A DNA stretch of 64,000 nucleotides, taken from contig OX597816.1 of assembly GCA_951406725.2 (NCBI GenBank), positions 48,732,001-48,796,000 on the forward strand. Reading direction: 5' to 3'. Below the pieces are notes generated by a model that was not told the DNA's origin, ran no database searches, and saw nothing but the letters and a program-made list of their open reading frames with translations. Both the position numbers and the translations under genes were made by a program. The stretch comes from Octopus vulgaris (taxonomy: Eukaryota). Below, piece by piece: positions 1 through 14,159 of the stretch (the stretch's first letter is position 1; every line of letters starts with the position of its first letter).

Positions 1-484
1 TTTCCATATTTTGGCAGTTATACAAAAGCTAAACCTCTGTTATCACCAACATACATTTGTGCATGTAAATGAACAAAGCAATGTCTGTGCATTTGCTTAA
101 CCTGCATGTAATAGCACTCAATACTACAGCTGTATTATGCACCATTCTATCTTAAAACTGAAAAGCCACACATTTCATTTTCATTTGATCATTGATACAA
201 ATGATAGAGTGATCGTGGTCATGGTGGGAATGTCTTTGATGAATGCTGCATTATGCTGATCCAGCTTTTTAAGAATTTGGCTTAGTCATCGTTGTGCAGT
301 CTCTGTTGGATTGTGGATTTCCTGGGGTTTAAATAACAACATGTGTGTATCTGTATACATATACTTATCTGCTCTGTGCAAAAGAGATGGTAAGTGTTAT
401 ACATATGTGTATGTTTCTGTATATATGTGTACAAGCATGTGTGTGTATGTGTATATAGATGTGTTGTGTGTGTGTGCATGTGTC

Positions 485-520
<36 letters not shown>

Positions 521-648
521 TATATAAATAATAATATATACACATAAATATATACACATACACACACACATATGTATATATACATACATGCATATATATA
601 TATACATATGTATATGTGCTTATATACACATATATATATGTATACTTT

Positions 649-911
649 CTGGCACCTGTGTCGGTGGCACATAAAAAACACCATCCGAGCGTGGCCGTCT
701 GCCAGCCTCGTCTGGCACCTGTGTCGGTGGCACATAAAATCACCCACTACACTCTCGGAGTGGTTGGCGTTAGGAAGGGCATCCAGCTGTAGAAACACTG
801 CCACATCTGACTGGCCTGGTGCAGCCTTCGGGCTTCCCAGACCCCAGTTGAACTGTCCAACCCATGCTAGCATGGAAAGCGGACGTTAAACGATGATGAT
901 GATGATGATGA
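649..911 (+). mobile_element. SINE family A, (GAT)n RTE-type tail
   Basis: TTGGCGTTAGGAAGGGCATCCAGCTGTAGAAAC core, internal GGCAC.TAAAA subrepeats, GGACGTTAAAC(GAT)n tail; other copies ~16100-16424(+), 20100-20650(-), 24995-25378(+), 26604-27030(-), 36809-36950(-). Confidence 0.8.
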
Positions 912-1579
912 TATATGTATATATATATGTATAGGTATCCAGATTTCTGAGTACCTTATTTCTTCTAATATATAATACCTGTACACCACCTCCAAACCTT
1001 CTAATGTATATATGCATATATACATACATATATATATGTGCATATATATATATACACATATATACAAACACATACATACATATATATAAATATATACACA
1101 CATACATACACATACACACACGTGTTCACACACACACACATACCAATATATATACATATATACACATGTATGTATGTGTGTAAAGGTTGGTTGAAATAGC
1201 TGACAATTCTTGGTTGCCGCTATCTCTTGTACAGTGTACTACGAAAGATAAGCAAAAATGAACTTGCACTTCCTTCCTTCCTTCCTTTCTTCCTTCCTTA
1301 ATCTTCGCATCGTTGCACTGGTTAATTGCTATAGCTCTTATCATTGCATTGTTGTTGCTGTTGTTAACGATGTATGGTCTTCAGAACCAGGTACATCAAC
1401 GTGTATACAAAGTAACACTTTAAATGTAACACGGCATAAGAGGAGCATAGAGACGACCCCACCTATCCTACTAGAAGCAGCAGTCAAATCTTCTTATAAA
1501 CAACACCCTACCCTCTTTTCAAGAAAAAAGTGTAGCGGGAGAGTGCATTAGATAATGTAGCCATACCTACTACACACCC

Positions 1580-1584
1580 ACACA

Positions 1585-1615
<31 letters not shown>

Positions 1616-2025
1616 CCTTCATACATACACACGTACATACATACAAGCATGCATACATACATACATACATACATGCATGAATACATACATACATACATAC
1701 ATACAAGCATGCATACATACATACATGCATGCATACATATCCTTCATACATACACACATACATATATACAAGCATGCATACATACAAACACACACATACA
1801 TACATACATACATACATACATACAAGCATGCATACATACATACATACATGCATGCATGCATACATACAAGCATGCATACATACATACATACATACATACA
1901 TACATACATACATGCATATCCTTCATACATATATACAAGCATGCATACATACAAACACTCACATACATACATACATACATACATACAAGCATGCATGCAT
2001 ACATACATACATACATATATACATA
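1580..2025. repeat. Compound (TACA)n microsatellite with AAGCATGC interruptions
   Basis: Directly visible tandem tetranucleotide repeat. Confidence 0.95.
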
Positions 2026-2197
2026 TCCTGCATTCACTGTACTTGAAAAAAAAAAAAAAGACTGGATGGTTATTTCTGGGCTGCCTTTAATTCATAAGTT
2101 TTCTCTGTTAGGGCTGACATGATAATAAACAAACATTAACAACAGCACTGCCACCAGCACCACCACCAACAACAACAACAACAAAACAGCTGAAAGT

Positions 2198-2255
<58 letters not shown>

Positions 2256-2527
2256 CACCACCACCACCACCACAGTTTTGTATACAAACACTAAACATGC
2301 ACAGCAATGTATGCGCATACATAACAATGAGGCTTCACGCTTTTCCAATGTGATGATGTCATTGGGATATTTATATTAGACGTTAGACTTACACGAGATT
2401 TCTGTGGCCTCAACTCAAGCTGTTTTGCTGTTTGATTCTATCTTTCTAGCTATCTAGCAACTTAGCTGTGCCCTTCTACTCATCTATGTGCACGTGTGTC
2501 TATGTATATATATATAATGTGTGTGTA

Positions 2528-2577
<50 letters not shown>

Positions 2578-2712
2578 GATTAAGGACTGCACATGAAAAG
2601 TGGACAGTCAACATGCTAGATATAGACGTCAAATCGCCATTCTCCACAAAAAGTTTATGTTCTCAGATCAAACTCAACAAAACCAAAGTAATAAACAAGT
2701 GAAAAATATACG

Positions 2713-2749
<37 letters not shown>

Positions 2750-2755
2750 AATATA

Positions 2756-2972
2756 TAACAGAGTGCTGAAAAGTTCCTGGCTTTTGGTAAGAGAAAATAG
2801 AGGAGGATCTGTTAATTATGATTTTATTCAACATGTTCCCTTCTCAGATTCACACAATTATTACAGTGGTCCTTCAGTTTTTCTAAGCCCTGTTAAAGAA
2901 CTTGGGAGGTTGAGCCTCCAACCAGGCCTTTCACGATACTCTTAAACACAGGAAGTTTCCAGCCACCTGTCT
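2756..2972 (+). mobile_element. Mariner-derived MITE
   Basis: GTGCTGAAAAGTTCCTGG / CAGGAAGTTTCCAGC termini; homologous to the reverse complement of 18521-18744. Confidence 0.65.
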
Positions 2973-2974
2973 TA

Positions 2975-3095
2975 TATATGTATATCTATCTATCTATCTA
3001 TCTATATATGTATATACACTTACATAGGTATACATATACACATGCATACATATATGTATGTATATATGTGTATACATATGCATATATATATATGT

Positions 3096-3135
<40 letters not shown>

Positions 3136-3204
3136 TCATATGTCTATATATATATATATATATTTATGTGTGTTTATATATCTAGATGTATATATATATA
3201 TGTA

Positions 3205-3255
<51 letters not shown>

Positions 3256-3354
3256 ACAGATTGTAAGTATAAAACCATCCAGATTTCTGAGTACCCTATA
3301 TTTTCTAATATATAATACCTGTACATCATTTTCAAACCTTCTAACATATATGTC

Positions 3355-3388
<34 letters not shown>

Positions 3389-3433
3389 ATGTCTGTATAT
3401 ATGTATGTATATATATATATATATATTTATATG

Positions 3434-3477
<44 letters not shown>

Positions 3478-3487
3478 TGTATATATG

Positions 3488-3528
<41 letters not shown>

Positions 3529-3539
3529 CTGTATATATG

Positions 3540-3576
<37 letters not shown>

Positions 3577-3587
3577 CTGTATATATG

Positions 3588-3624
<37 letters not shown>

Positions 3625-3681
3625 CTGTATATATGTATGTGTATATATATATATATATATATATGTATGTCTGTATATATG

Positions 3682-3722
<41 letters not shown>

Positions 3723-3885
3723 ATATATATTTATACATATATATCTGTATGTACATATATATATATATATATATACACACACATACATACATAAATATAT
3801 ATATATATATAAACACACACACACACATATACATACATAAATATATATATTTATATGTATGTTTGTATGTGTGTATATATGTATC
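2975..3885. repeat. (TA)n/(TATG)n compound microsatellite
   Basis: Directly visible; recurring ~36-40-bp higher-order unit at 3385-3720. Confidence 0.95.
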
Positions 3886-4494
3886 TAGTAGTGGTTAATC
3901 CTGAAACATGTTTACTTCTGAGTGTTATTGTGTGTGTGTGTGTGTGGGGGTTATGTCTCTCTGTATGTGTGAATATGTGTATCAATAGAGGAGCCTCTAT
4001 TTTGGCTTTAATGTAAGTGGTGAGATGGAGAGGTGTGGGGAAAAATGAGGAAATCAGTCTTCATGTAGTTATACTGATGTTCCCACTCCCCTCCGTCAAA
4101 TATTGTGTTATTCGTTTTGTGACGTAATTGACACTAACTGGTTACTCAAGGTCAATTGCCCACGTAAAATATTGCCAGCACAAAATATAGCCTTCTCAGC
4201 TACACCAACTCACTAACGCACAAAACCCAACAAACACACACAGACACACATAGGAACAAAAGTACCCGACTCATGCACCCCTGTAAACATACTCCCACAC
4301 ACACTCATGTAAACAAATTTCTGAACAGTGAGAAACTATACCATAGACTGAACAAACTATAGATTGCTTTGGGCCAACAAAGGGATCTCCTCACAGCCAC
4401 TCAGCCTGCAAGACATAGCAGCCATACTTTTAGAAAATATATGTCTGAATATATGTCTCTCTCTCCCTCACACACACACACACACTCTTTCTTT

Positions 4495-4540
4495 CTGTGT
4501 GTGTGTGTGTGTATACATATATACACACACACACATATAT

Positions 4541-4572
<32 letters not shown>

Positions 4573-4594
4573 ATATATACACATATATATATAT

Positions 4595-4626
<32 letters not shown>

Positions 4627-4678
4627 ATATACACATATATATACATACATGTATATATATATATATGCACATATATAT

Positions 4679-4750
<72 letters not shown>

Positions 4751-4767
4751 AAATAAGAAAATCAATT

Positions 4768-4814
<47 letters not shown>

Positions 4815-4920
4815 GTATGTATATATATATATATGTATGTATATATATATATGTATGTATATATATATATGTATGTATATATATATATATGTATGTATAT
4901 ATATATATATGTATGTATAT

Positions 4921-4961
<41 letters not shown>

Positions 4962-4987
4962 TATATGTATGTATATATATATATATG

Positions 4988-5048
<61 letters not shown>

Positions 5049-5133
5049 ATATATATATATATATGTATGTATATATATATATATATATGTATGTATATAT
5101 ATATATATATATATGTATGTATATATATATATA
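4495..5133. repeat. (TG)n/(TA)n/(TATG) compound microsatellite
   Basis: Directly visible. Confidence 0.95.
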
Positions 5134-5134
5134 C

Positions 5135-5801
5135 AAGAGAGAAGGAGACACTGATGGTCCTATGGAAAACATTTGTCCTCAGCCGCTTGGACTACTGCTC
5201 CCAACTTTGGTCACCACACAATATAAAACAAACAGCAGAACTCGAAGCAACTCAGAGAAGCTACACAAAGAAAATCGTCTCAATGCAAAATGTCAGCTAC
5301 TGGGAAAGACTGAAGGTATTAAACCTCTTCTCCCTGGAGCGGAGGCGGGAGAGATATGCAGTGATATACATCTGGAAAATCCTGGAGGGTCTTGTCCCAA
5401 ACTTTGGCATTCAAAGTTACTCCAACCGCAGAACGGGGCGCCGCTACGTGGTGCCAAGGATTCCAACATCACCATCAAAATACAGGTCCAGATACTGCAA
5501 CAGCTTGGGTTTCAGAGGACCACAGCTCTTTAACATCCTTCCTAAATGCCTGAGAGACTTACATGGTGTGGATGTGGGTTTCTTTAAAACTAAACTGGAT
5601 CTCTTCTTGTTGGGAGTCCCAGATGAACCTACCTCACGACAGGAGACACGGATGCAGGCAGCAGCATCGAACTCCCTTGTTGATCAAGTGCCACGTATCA
5701 GAGGTGGATTCACAAACTAGTGTAGCTCATTCAGCGGTGGTGCCCCAGCATGGCCGCGGCCTTCGGGCTGAAACATTTTTAAGGATTTAAGGATTTAAGG
5801 A
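5135..5801 (+). mobile_element. CR1-clade LINE 3' fragment
   Basis: Open frame [10 protein letters not shown]...LEATQR...[19 protein letters not shown]; 3' UTR stem-loop; short tandem-repeat tail (~ATTTAAGG x3); embedded in (TA)n. Confidence 0.9.
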
Positions 5802-5805
5802 TATG

Positions 5806-5846
<41 letters not shown>

Positions 5847-6461
5847 TTGTATGTATATATATGTATGTATATATATATGTATGTATTATGTGAAATAGAA
5901 AGATGAATAATCTTGTAGTAGATTAATCAAAAGTTTAACCGATACCTTAGTAGCAAAAATCACAGCAGAACGATCAAACGCACACAAAACGTACACAAAA
6001 AATGTTTTCTACCCCTACGCCAACACACACATATATAGAACAGTATACACACACACGTCTCTAAGTAGATTTTTTCTCGCCCCTTATAAAACATCCAATA
6101 TTCCTTAAATAGTCAGAACTTTATTCTCGGTCACAAAGAACATCTACACACCCTCACCCACATGATTGACCGATGCCTGACCCGTTAAATTCTTCAGCCA
6201 CCGGTTCTCAACATACACTGATAAACAGTTTCGCCATGGGCTCTTAGGAGCCTAGTTCGATTTGTTTTTGCTCCGCCTCTGTTCTGTTTTTGTTTTTTCC
6301 AATGGATTTCCTATTTTCTTCCTGAAGAGAAAGACACAATATGGTCCCATTATTCAATCGGATTTTGGTAAATTGTGCCTTTCGAAACACGTGTGGAATG
6401 AAATAAAACGATTTCTGTTCAATCTGCGTTCAGCTCCATTTCTTCAATTCACCAATAAAAT

Positions 6462-6497
<36 letters not shown>

Positions 6498-7895
6498 TAT
6501 ATACATATATATATATACATATATATATATACATACATGTATATATACATATATATATACATATATATATACACACACATACATGCACACACACACATAC
6601 ACACACACACACACACACAAACACATGCACATGTATATATAGTTATGGGGATTCTTGAGAACCGAAGGCATGCCAGAAATAGCTACGTACAATCACATAG
6701 AGCTCACAGTGAAATAAAAAAAAATAAAAAACAACACTGTAGATCTCATGTGCTGGCAGGATGCTGTAAATATGCAAATATCAAATCCAATTTAAAACCA
6801 TAGATTTGATTCACCACTGGATTCCTTGTGTGATGTAGGTATAAAAAGTAAACACAAACGGCATTTAGAATTCATGACAGCTGCTTTTGTAGAGTTTTAT
6901 TCAATGTAGTCGTAAAAGATTACATCATAAATATAGAATCCACCATCATCGGATAAGAATTTAAACATTGACCTCAACATAGCTAACATTTGTTGGGCTA
7001 AAGCATGGCTGTGTGGTTAAAAAGCTTCCTTGCCAACCATGTGGTCTTGGTTCAGTCCCATTACATAGTACCTTGGGCAGAGGTCTTCTACATTATCTTT
7101 GTGCCAACTAAGCCTTGTGAGTGGATTCGTCAGTCAGAAACTGAAAGAGGACCATCATCTATACATACATACATGCATACATACATGCATACATACATAC
7201 ATACATACATATATACATAAATACATACATACAAGCATGCATGCATGCATACATACATACATACATACATACATACATACATACATACATACATACATAC
7301 ATACATACTCTTTTACTCTTTACTTTCTTCTGCCTCCTTTTTTGTCCGACTAATGGCATGTGCACAATCCCACTAATTTTCTATTGTTATGCCATTCCTG
7401 GTGTGAAAACCGAAGTCCAACGAATATTAATTACTCTCATAAAAAGCTCCAACTGGCTCATAAACAACAAAACTGGCCCGGGCTGAAATGTGATAAGAAA
7501 CTTGGCTCTTGATTTAGTGAGAAATTTTTACTGCGACCTGCCAACGAACAACAAGCACTAGCACTTGATCTGGGAACGCTGGGTCATGGTGCTAGTAGAC
7601 AGATAAATAAGATACATACTTGCACACTAATTTCATGAGCAGGCTTTTCCATTGATCAGATCAGCTGAGACACTTATTATTGTAAATGTTGGAGTGCCAA
7701 TTATTTTAGTTTTGGTTATATGTTCAGGCATAGGTGTGGCTGTATGGTAAGAAACTTGCTTCCTAACCACATGGTTCTGAGTTCAGTCCCACTGTGTGGC
7801 ACTTTAGGCAAATGTCTTCTAATATAGCCTTAAGCTGACCATAGCTTTGTGAGTGGATTTGGTAGACAGAAACTAAAAGATGCTTGTCAGATATA

Positions 7896-8115
7896 TACAG
7901 GGTGCAATGGAAAAATTGTTGCCATTTTATGTTTTTAATTTCACACATGTGCATTGTTTGTTTTTGATTTTGTTGACTACACAGTATAGTAGGGTCAGTT
8001 GGGCATCATATGTGAGAGAAACAGCATCATGACACAATTCACTTTGTCATATGTTTGGAAACAACATGCCGTACTGCTTAGCATTTGTGTCAGAAGCTCC
8101 AATACTGTTATGGCG
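7896..8115 (+). mobile_element. Tc1-like element 5' fragment
   Basis: TACAGGGTGCA start; homologous to the reverse complement of ~23150-23345. Confidence 0.55.
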
Positions 8116-8489
8116 AGAATCATGAAACTCCCTGTAAGAATGAAGTTGCTGAACTCATAAGTAGCAGCATGTTTGACTGAGAGTGAGAGATGAGAATTAT
8201 CAGGATGTCGAAAGGTGTCATTCATGGGTTTGTGGAGTTGCAGGAAATTGTTGAGAAGTTGTTATAGTTCATTGCGAGTTGTTTTTGATTGGTTACAGCT
8301 ATGTCAGAGTATTTGGGAAAAAATCAAGTGAAGGCAGTTGGTGTTCACCCCATTCCATGGTACTATATATCACACAGTATTAGTGCATGACACTAAGGTG
8401 ACATATACAGAAATCACATTACAAAAGTGGTGACTAGTTGATTTGAAGCTTATGTTGGGCATTAGCAATTTTTTTATGATACAAAATAT

Positions 8490-9078
8490 TCCTTAATTAT
8501 GGAAATCCTATTTGCTAGCATACTCCAGATGCATAAGCAACAACAACAGAAGTAACAGGAATTACACCAACTATAACACAATAAGTTGCTGGAACTGATG
8601 TTGAAGTTGGGAAACAGCAGTGTAGTGAATGCTATAACTGAATTAGTTATAACCTAGTAGAGGTTACAACCTTTGTGATGTATTTCAGAAGATACAAAGA
8701 AATCTTCAAGGAAGAATGCAAGTGTTGGACAGATGATGAAAATGTGAGACTACTGTTATGGAAACTAGGTCATTCAGAACATGAAAAATTTTGCAATTTT
8801 ATCTTGTCTGAAAGAACAAGTGAAATTTGTTCCAATTGAATTGCTATCCAAAATGTTCGGTGATAAGAGCTCCCTGTTTAATACTTGCTGGGAGTGTTTG
8901 AAGGGAGTAAAAGAAGAGGACAAAGATTTTGTCAGTTATGCCAGAATCATAAGTAAAATGTGAAAAAAGTTTAAACTGAAAGAATTATCTCTGGACATGT
9001 TTAAATGCCTCATCATTGTGCAAGGTTTGACGGCAAAGAAAGATGCAGAAATATGTGCATGAATTCTTACAAAACTAC
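8490..9078 (+). pseudogene. Gypsy-type LTR retrotransposon gag-like relic
   Basis: YFRRYKEIFKEECKCWTDDENVRLLLWKLG...FGDKSSLFNT...FKCLIIVQGL with stops and a frameshift; family assigned from recall only. Confidence 0.6.
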
Positions 9079-9816
9079 ATCGCTAGCAACTACACATTCT
9101 TTATTTTCTCTCCTTGTTTCTTTCTGTGTTCCTTTCTGTGGAAGAGCATAGGCTCGAAACGTTAAAGACTTTTTCACTTCCCGAGCGTTATACTAATACA
9201 TCTGTTTGTTATTTACACCACCTATCTTCGTCTTTTGTTATTTTTTGTGAATTCTCCCTATATATATATATATATATATATATAATAACACAAATCAGCT
9301 AAGATTCACTACCGTTGTTTCAGATGTATTTTCTATTGATGAGCAAATTAATTACATCATGTAAAAAAAAACAACTTTCTTTTCGCAGTCCTTGATGCTA
9401 CATTAGGGTCCTTATTTTCAAAATACCTTGATTTTATTGTATCGTGCAAATAATTATATATATATATAAATATGCTGAGCTGAGACCCCCTTTGGTCATG
9501 ACTGACCATGGGATTCCACCTAGAAAGTTACCCTCCCAGGCAACAAGTCTGGGCAAGGTTGCTTATGGAAGAGCAGCAGTCGCCCATTCACATTGGCCTG
9601 CCCTCTCCACGCCATCAGTGTTATCCAAGGGAAAGACAAAGATTGCTACAGCTTGGCACCTGTGACGTAACTCATTTCTACAGCTGAGTGAACTGGAGCA
9701 ACGTGAAATAAAGTGTCTTGCTCAAGAACATAACACGCAGCCCGGTCTGGGATTCGAACTCACAACCTCGCGATCGTGACCTCGACGCTCTAACCACTGA
9801 GCCATGCGCCTTCACA

Positions 9817-9871
<55 letters not shown>

Positions 9872-9999
9872 TATATACATACACACACACACACACACCT
9901 ATGTATATATGTGTATGTATATATACATATATATATGTTTTCATCCTTTTCATCCATCAGCCTATATGAGTATGTGTGTGCGTGTGCATGCATATATAC

Positions 10000-10042
<43 letters not shown>

Positions 10043-10380
10043 GTGTGCATAAATGTGTATATCTATATACACACAATACACACACAGACACACACTCACA
10101 CACACACATTCAAACACACTCATACAGATTGATGGATGGGTACATATAAATTTTAGGTTCATTTTAGCTTCCCTAAATGGTTTCCTTTCTCAGGTATTGT
10201 TATGAAGGCCTACTTGAACAATCTACTGAGTGGATTGTGTGCAACAATTTAACATTCCCAGACCAAGTGAAAATTGCTAGCATCTTTTAAAAGCAATCTC
10301 TCCAAAATAGAGTGAAATCATGTGATTGTATTTATTTTAGGTATTATTAAATGTAGGCAAAGCAGAGCATTGCTTTTAGA

Positions 10381-10795
<415 letters not shown>

Positions 10796-10982
10796 GTTAA
10801 TCCAAACACACACACACACACACATACACAGTTAATCCAAAACAGAAAAAGAACAAACGCAAGTAAAAATCAACAACATGAGGACGTGGTACAAGCAAAG
10901 TATTAACTGATGCACACACACACACACACACATACATATATACTTCTCAATCAATCTATGTATCTATTTATCTCTCTCTCTG

Positions 10983-11013
<31 letters not shown>

Positions 11014-11724
11014 TACACACACATACATAAACACATGCATGCACATACGTAGTCGTATATACACAGATATATCTATATATACATGCCATACACACACAGC
11101 CACACCCACGCATATATGTACATATACACACAGCACATACACACACACACAGCACATACACACACAGACACAGCACATACACACATATATGCACACACGC
11201 AAACACTCATATATTGCTTATCAAATCACTCAAAATTGTAGAAATCTCATTTCATTTTCTGTCTCAATTATTATTGAAATTTATGACATGGATCTGTGAG
11301 AATTCACTGGAATCTTAGAGTAGTCAAACAACAAACTGCCGCCTATAGACCAGCCATCAGTATTGATCCATCGTGTTATAGTTACACTTTACACTCTGCT
11401 TAATTCATCATTGACATAATAACCGCAGTAAGTCAATTGAAATACTTGTCTAAGTAGAATCTTTGCTCACCAACTTTTGTATTGGTTACAGCAATCCTGT
11501 TTATCACCCATCTCTTTTTCATTTTCTCTGTCTCTTTGTCTTCCTGTCTCTCTCTCTCTCTCTCTGTTGTCTTATATCTCTTACACTCTTTTGCTTTATC
11601 TTTCTTTCTCTTTCTCTCTCTCATTCTCTCTTACACACATATGTACATACTTGCATACATGCATATATACATACATGCATCCAGGCATCCATCCACCCAC
11701 TCATACAAACACACATACATACAG

Positions 11725-11786
<62 letters not shown>

Positions 11787-12278
11787 TAGATAGATAGATA
11801 GACACATTCACACTTACTACATACACATATTAGTGTGTGTATATATATATATATATATACATACATTTACACACACATATATGACAATCTTCTTTCAGTT
11901 TCCATCAAGCAAATCCACTCACAAGGCTTTGGTCAACTCAAGGCTATAGTAGAAGACACTTGACCAAGATGCCTTGCAGTGGGACTGAACCCAGAATCAT
12001 ACATACACCCCCCACACACACACACACATATATATATCATATATACATTTATATACATATACATACACGCATACATGCAGAGAGAGAAAGAGAGGATGGG
12101 AGAGAGAGAGAAAGAAAAAGAAAGAGGGAGTAATAGGGAGAGACAGACAGATAGACAGATTGATATACTGAGAGATATGGAAGCCTCAGTGCGTTTCTGA
12201 GTGCTGTAACATTCTTGATAATGCTATAAATACAGTAAAAAAGAACTTACACATTTGGTAGAGTAGAAGTTTAATATA

Positions 12279-12347
12279 CAGGGTTATTTAAAAAAAATGA
12301 ACCGATTTCATTAGGCAATCTCCTAATATAATAATGAGGTTAGTGTT

Positions 12348-12382
<35 letters not shown>

Positions 12383-12700
12383 TTGTCCAAAATCACAGAG
12401 TAGGAATAGGATGGAGTAAGAGAAAGAGTAGTATAAGTGAAGGGAAAGGAGAGAAAATAGTAAGTCAGTGAAGGAGAAGTAGTGAGAGTAATAGCCCTGA
12501 CTGCAAGAGAGTGAGAGAAAGTAATAGCAATGAAAGAAAGGAAGTGGCAAAGAGTGCATCGTGTATCTTCTATTTTTCACTGCCACAACATATGAATGAG
12601 AAAGGAAGGGGGTGATAGATGGATAACAAAGGAAGGGGATGGTGAAAAAAAGCAGCATTTCAACTTTGTGTGAATTTATATGTGTGTATGTAAGAGGGAG

Positions 12701-12750
<50 letters not shown>

Positions 12751-13546
12751 AATGGAAATGAAATGGTGAATGTTCAATGCTGAAAAGAAAAATTAAACAG
12801 CATTCCAACTCTGTGTGAGTATATATGTGTATGTGTGTGCATCTACAAGGGAAGTATGTGAATATTTGTATCTGTGATTATTATGTACCTTATTTTATAC
12901 CCTATTTATATATATAAAATACTATAATTAGCCATCATTTTTGATGGCACATGGTCAGGTAGTATTTGATGGCACATGGTCAGGTAGTATTTGATGGCAC
13001 ATGGTCAGCTAGTATTTGATGGCACATAGTCAGGTAGTATTTTAATAAGGAAAAGCAATAGAAAACTTCAGCTGAGTCATAGGTATTTACTCACAGTCAA
13101 CTTTTATTTCCTGTCTTACAAATGTTCAATGTGGCCACCACCTGCAGCACGAGCAACATTAAGGCGGTAAGAGAATTCCTCCCAGACAAGTATCAGCATC
13201 TCAAAAGCAATTTCATTATGGAACTAAAGAATAAATTTGCTTTGCTTGAGGTGTTTCCAGAAGATATTGACATAGAAGGGAAATAGAAAAAATTCGATAA
13301 AGCATTCAACCAGACAGCCAAAGAAGTACTTGGTGGATTGTGATATGCTGATACGCATCTGGGAGGAATTCTCTTATTCCATTGATGTTGCCCATGCTGC
13401 AGATGGTGGCTGCATTGAACACTTGTAAGACAGTAAATAAAAGTTGATTGTGAGTAAATACTTGTGACCCAGCTGGAGTTTTCTATTGCTTTTCCTTATT
13501 AAAATATTGCGTAATGAAATCGGTTCATTCTTTTTGAATAACCCTG
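12279..13546. mobile_element. Palindromic Tc1/mariner-type MITE
   Basis: TA-CAGGGTTATT(T/C)AAAAA(A/G)AATGAACCGATTTCATTA TIRs; ~200-bp inverted arms. Confidence 0.8.
12319..13037 (+). mobile_element. Non-autonomous Helitron with tandemly repeated 3' end, inserted in a MITE arm
   Basis: Starts TC; GCCATCA/TGATGGC hairpin; four ~25-bp terminal units ending GTAG/CTAG; removing it restores GCAA|TATTTTAATAAGG seen in the opposite MITE arm. Confidence 0.7.
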
Positions 13547-13821
13547 TACAGTGCTATATTTCCAGTCAACAGCATTCCATTATTCAAAGTTCCATGTGTT
13601 TGTTGCTTGACAATCCTCAGCCGGAGCTGGTTGGTGGGAAGGATACTTCTTTCAAATAATTGTGTATTAGCTTAGGTGTTGTTTTGTATACAATTCTATG
13701 GATTTCCAGTTATTGTTATCAGACACCTCAATGACCACAGCTGTTCCTGGTTCTTAGAATCACCTCACAATGAAACTGTCAGTGTGGAAAGCGACTGTCC
13801 ACAATTCACTACATTTACTAG

Positions 13822-14065
13822 ATCCATCTATCTATCCAACAATCCATCCATCTATCCATCCATCCATCCATCCTTCCCTCCATCTACCCATACATCCCTC
13901 CATCCATCTATCCATCCACCCACCCACCCATTCATCCACCTACCCACCCATTCATCTATCCATCTACCCATCCATCCATCCATCGATCCAGCCATCCAGC
14001 CATCCATCCACCCACCCATCCATCCATCCATCCACCCACCCATCCACCCATCCATCCATCCATCC
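13822..14065. repeat. (CCAT)n microsatellite
   Basis: Directly visible, imperfect. Confidence 0.95.
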
Positions 14066-14159
14066 TTTCAGCTCACCATTCCTGGGAGGGTTATGGGCAG
14101 AGCCGTCAGGCACCTAAGGTTCTATCAAAAGCAACAATCATCAGACTTCCTGGATGTCT

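Noticed and set aside
282-5172. Many long ORFs rich in YI/HT/MYVC
   Set aside because: Translations of (TA)n, (CA)n and (TACA)n microsatellites; the same applies at 39964-40795 and similar tracts.
4497-5720. 407-aa ORF as a host gene
   Set aside because: Microsatellite read-through fused to a 5'-truncated CR1 RT C-terminus.
10194-10290. Possible exon after tttcctttctcag (YCYEGLLEQSTEWIVCNNLTFPDQVKIASIF*)
   Set aside because: Good acceptor but no convincing donor, partner exon or recognisable homology.
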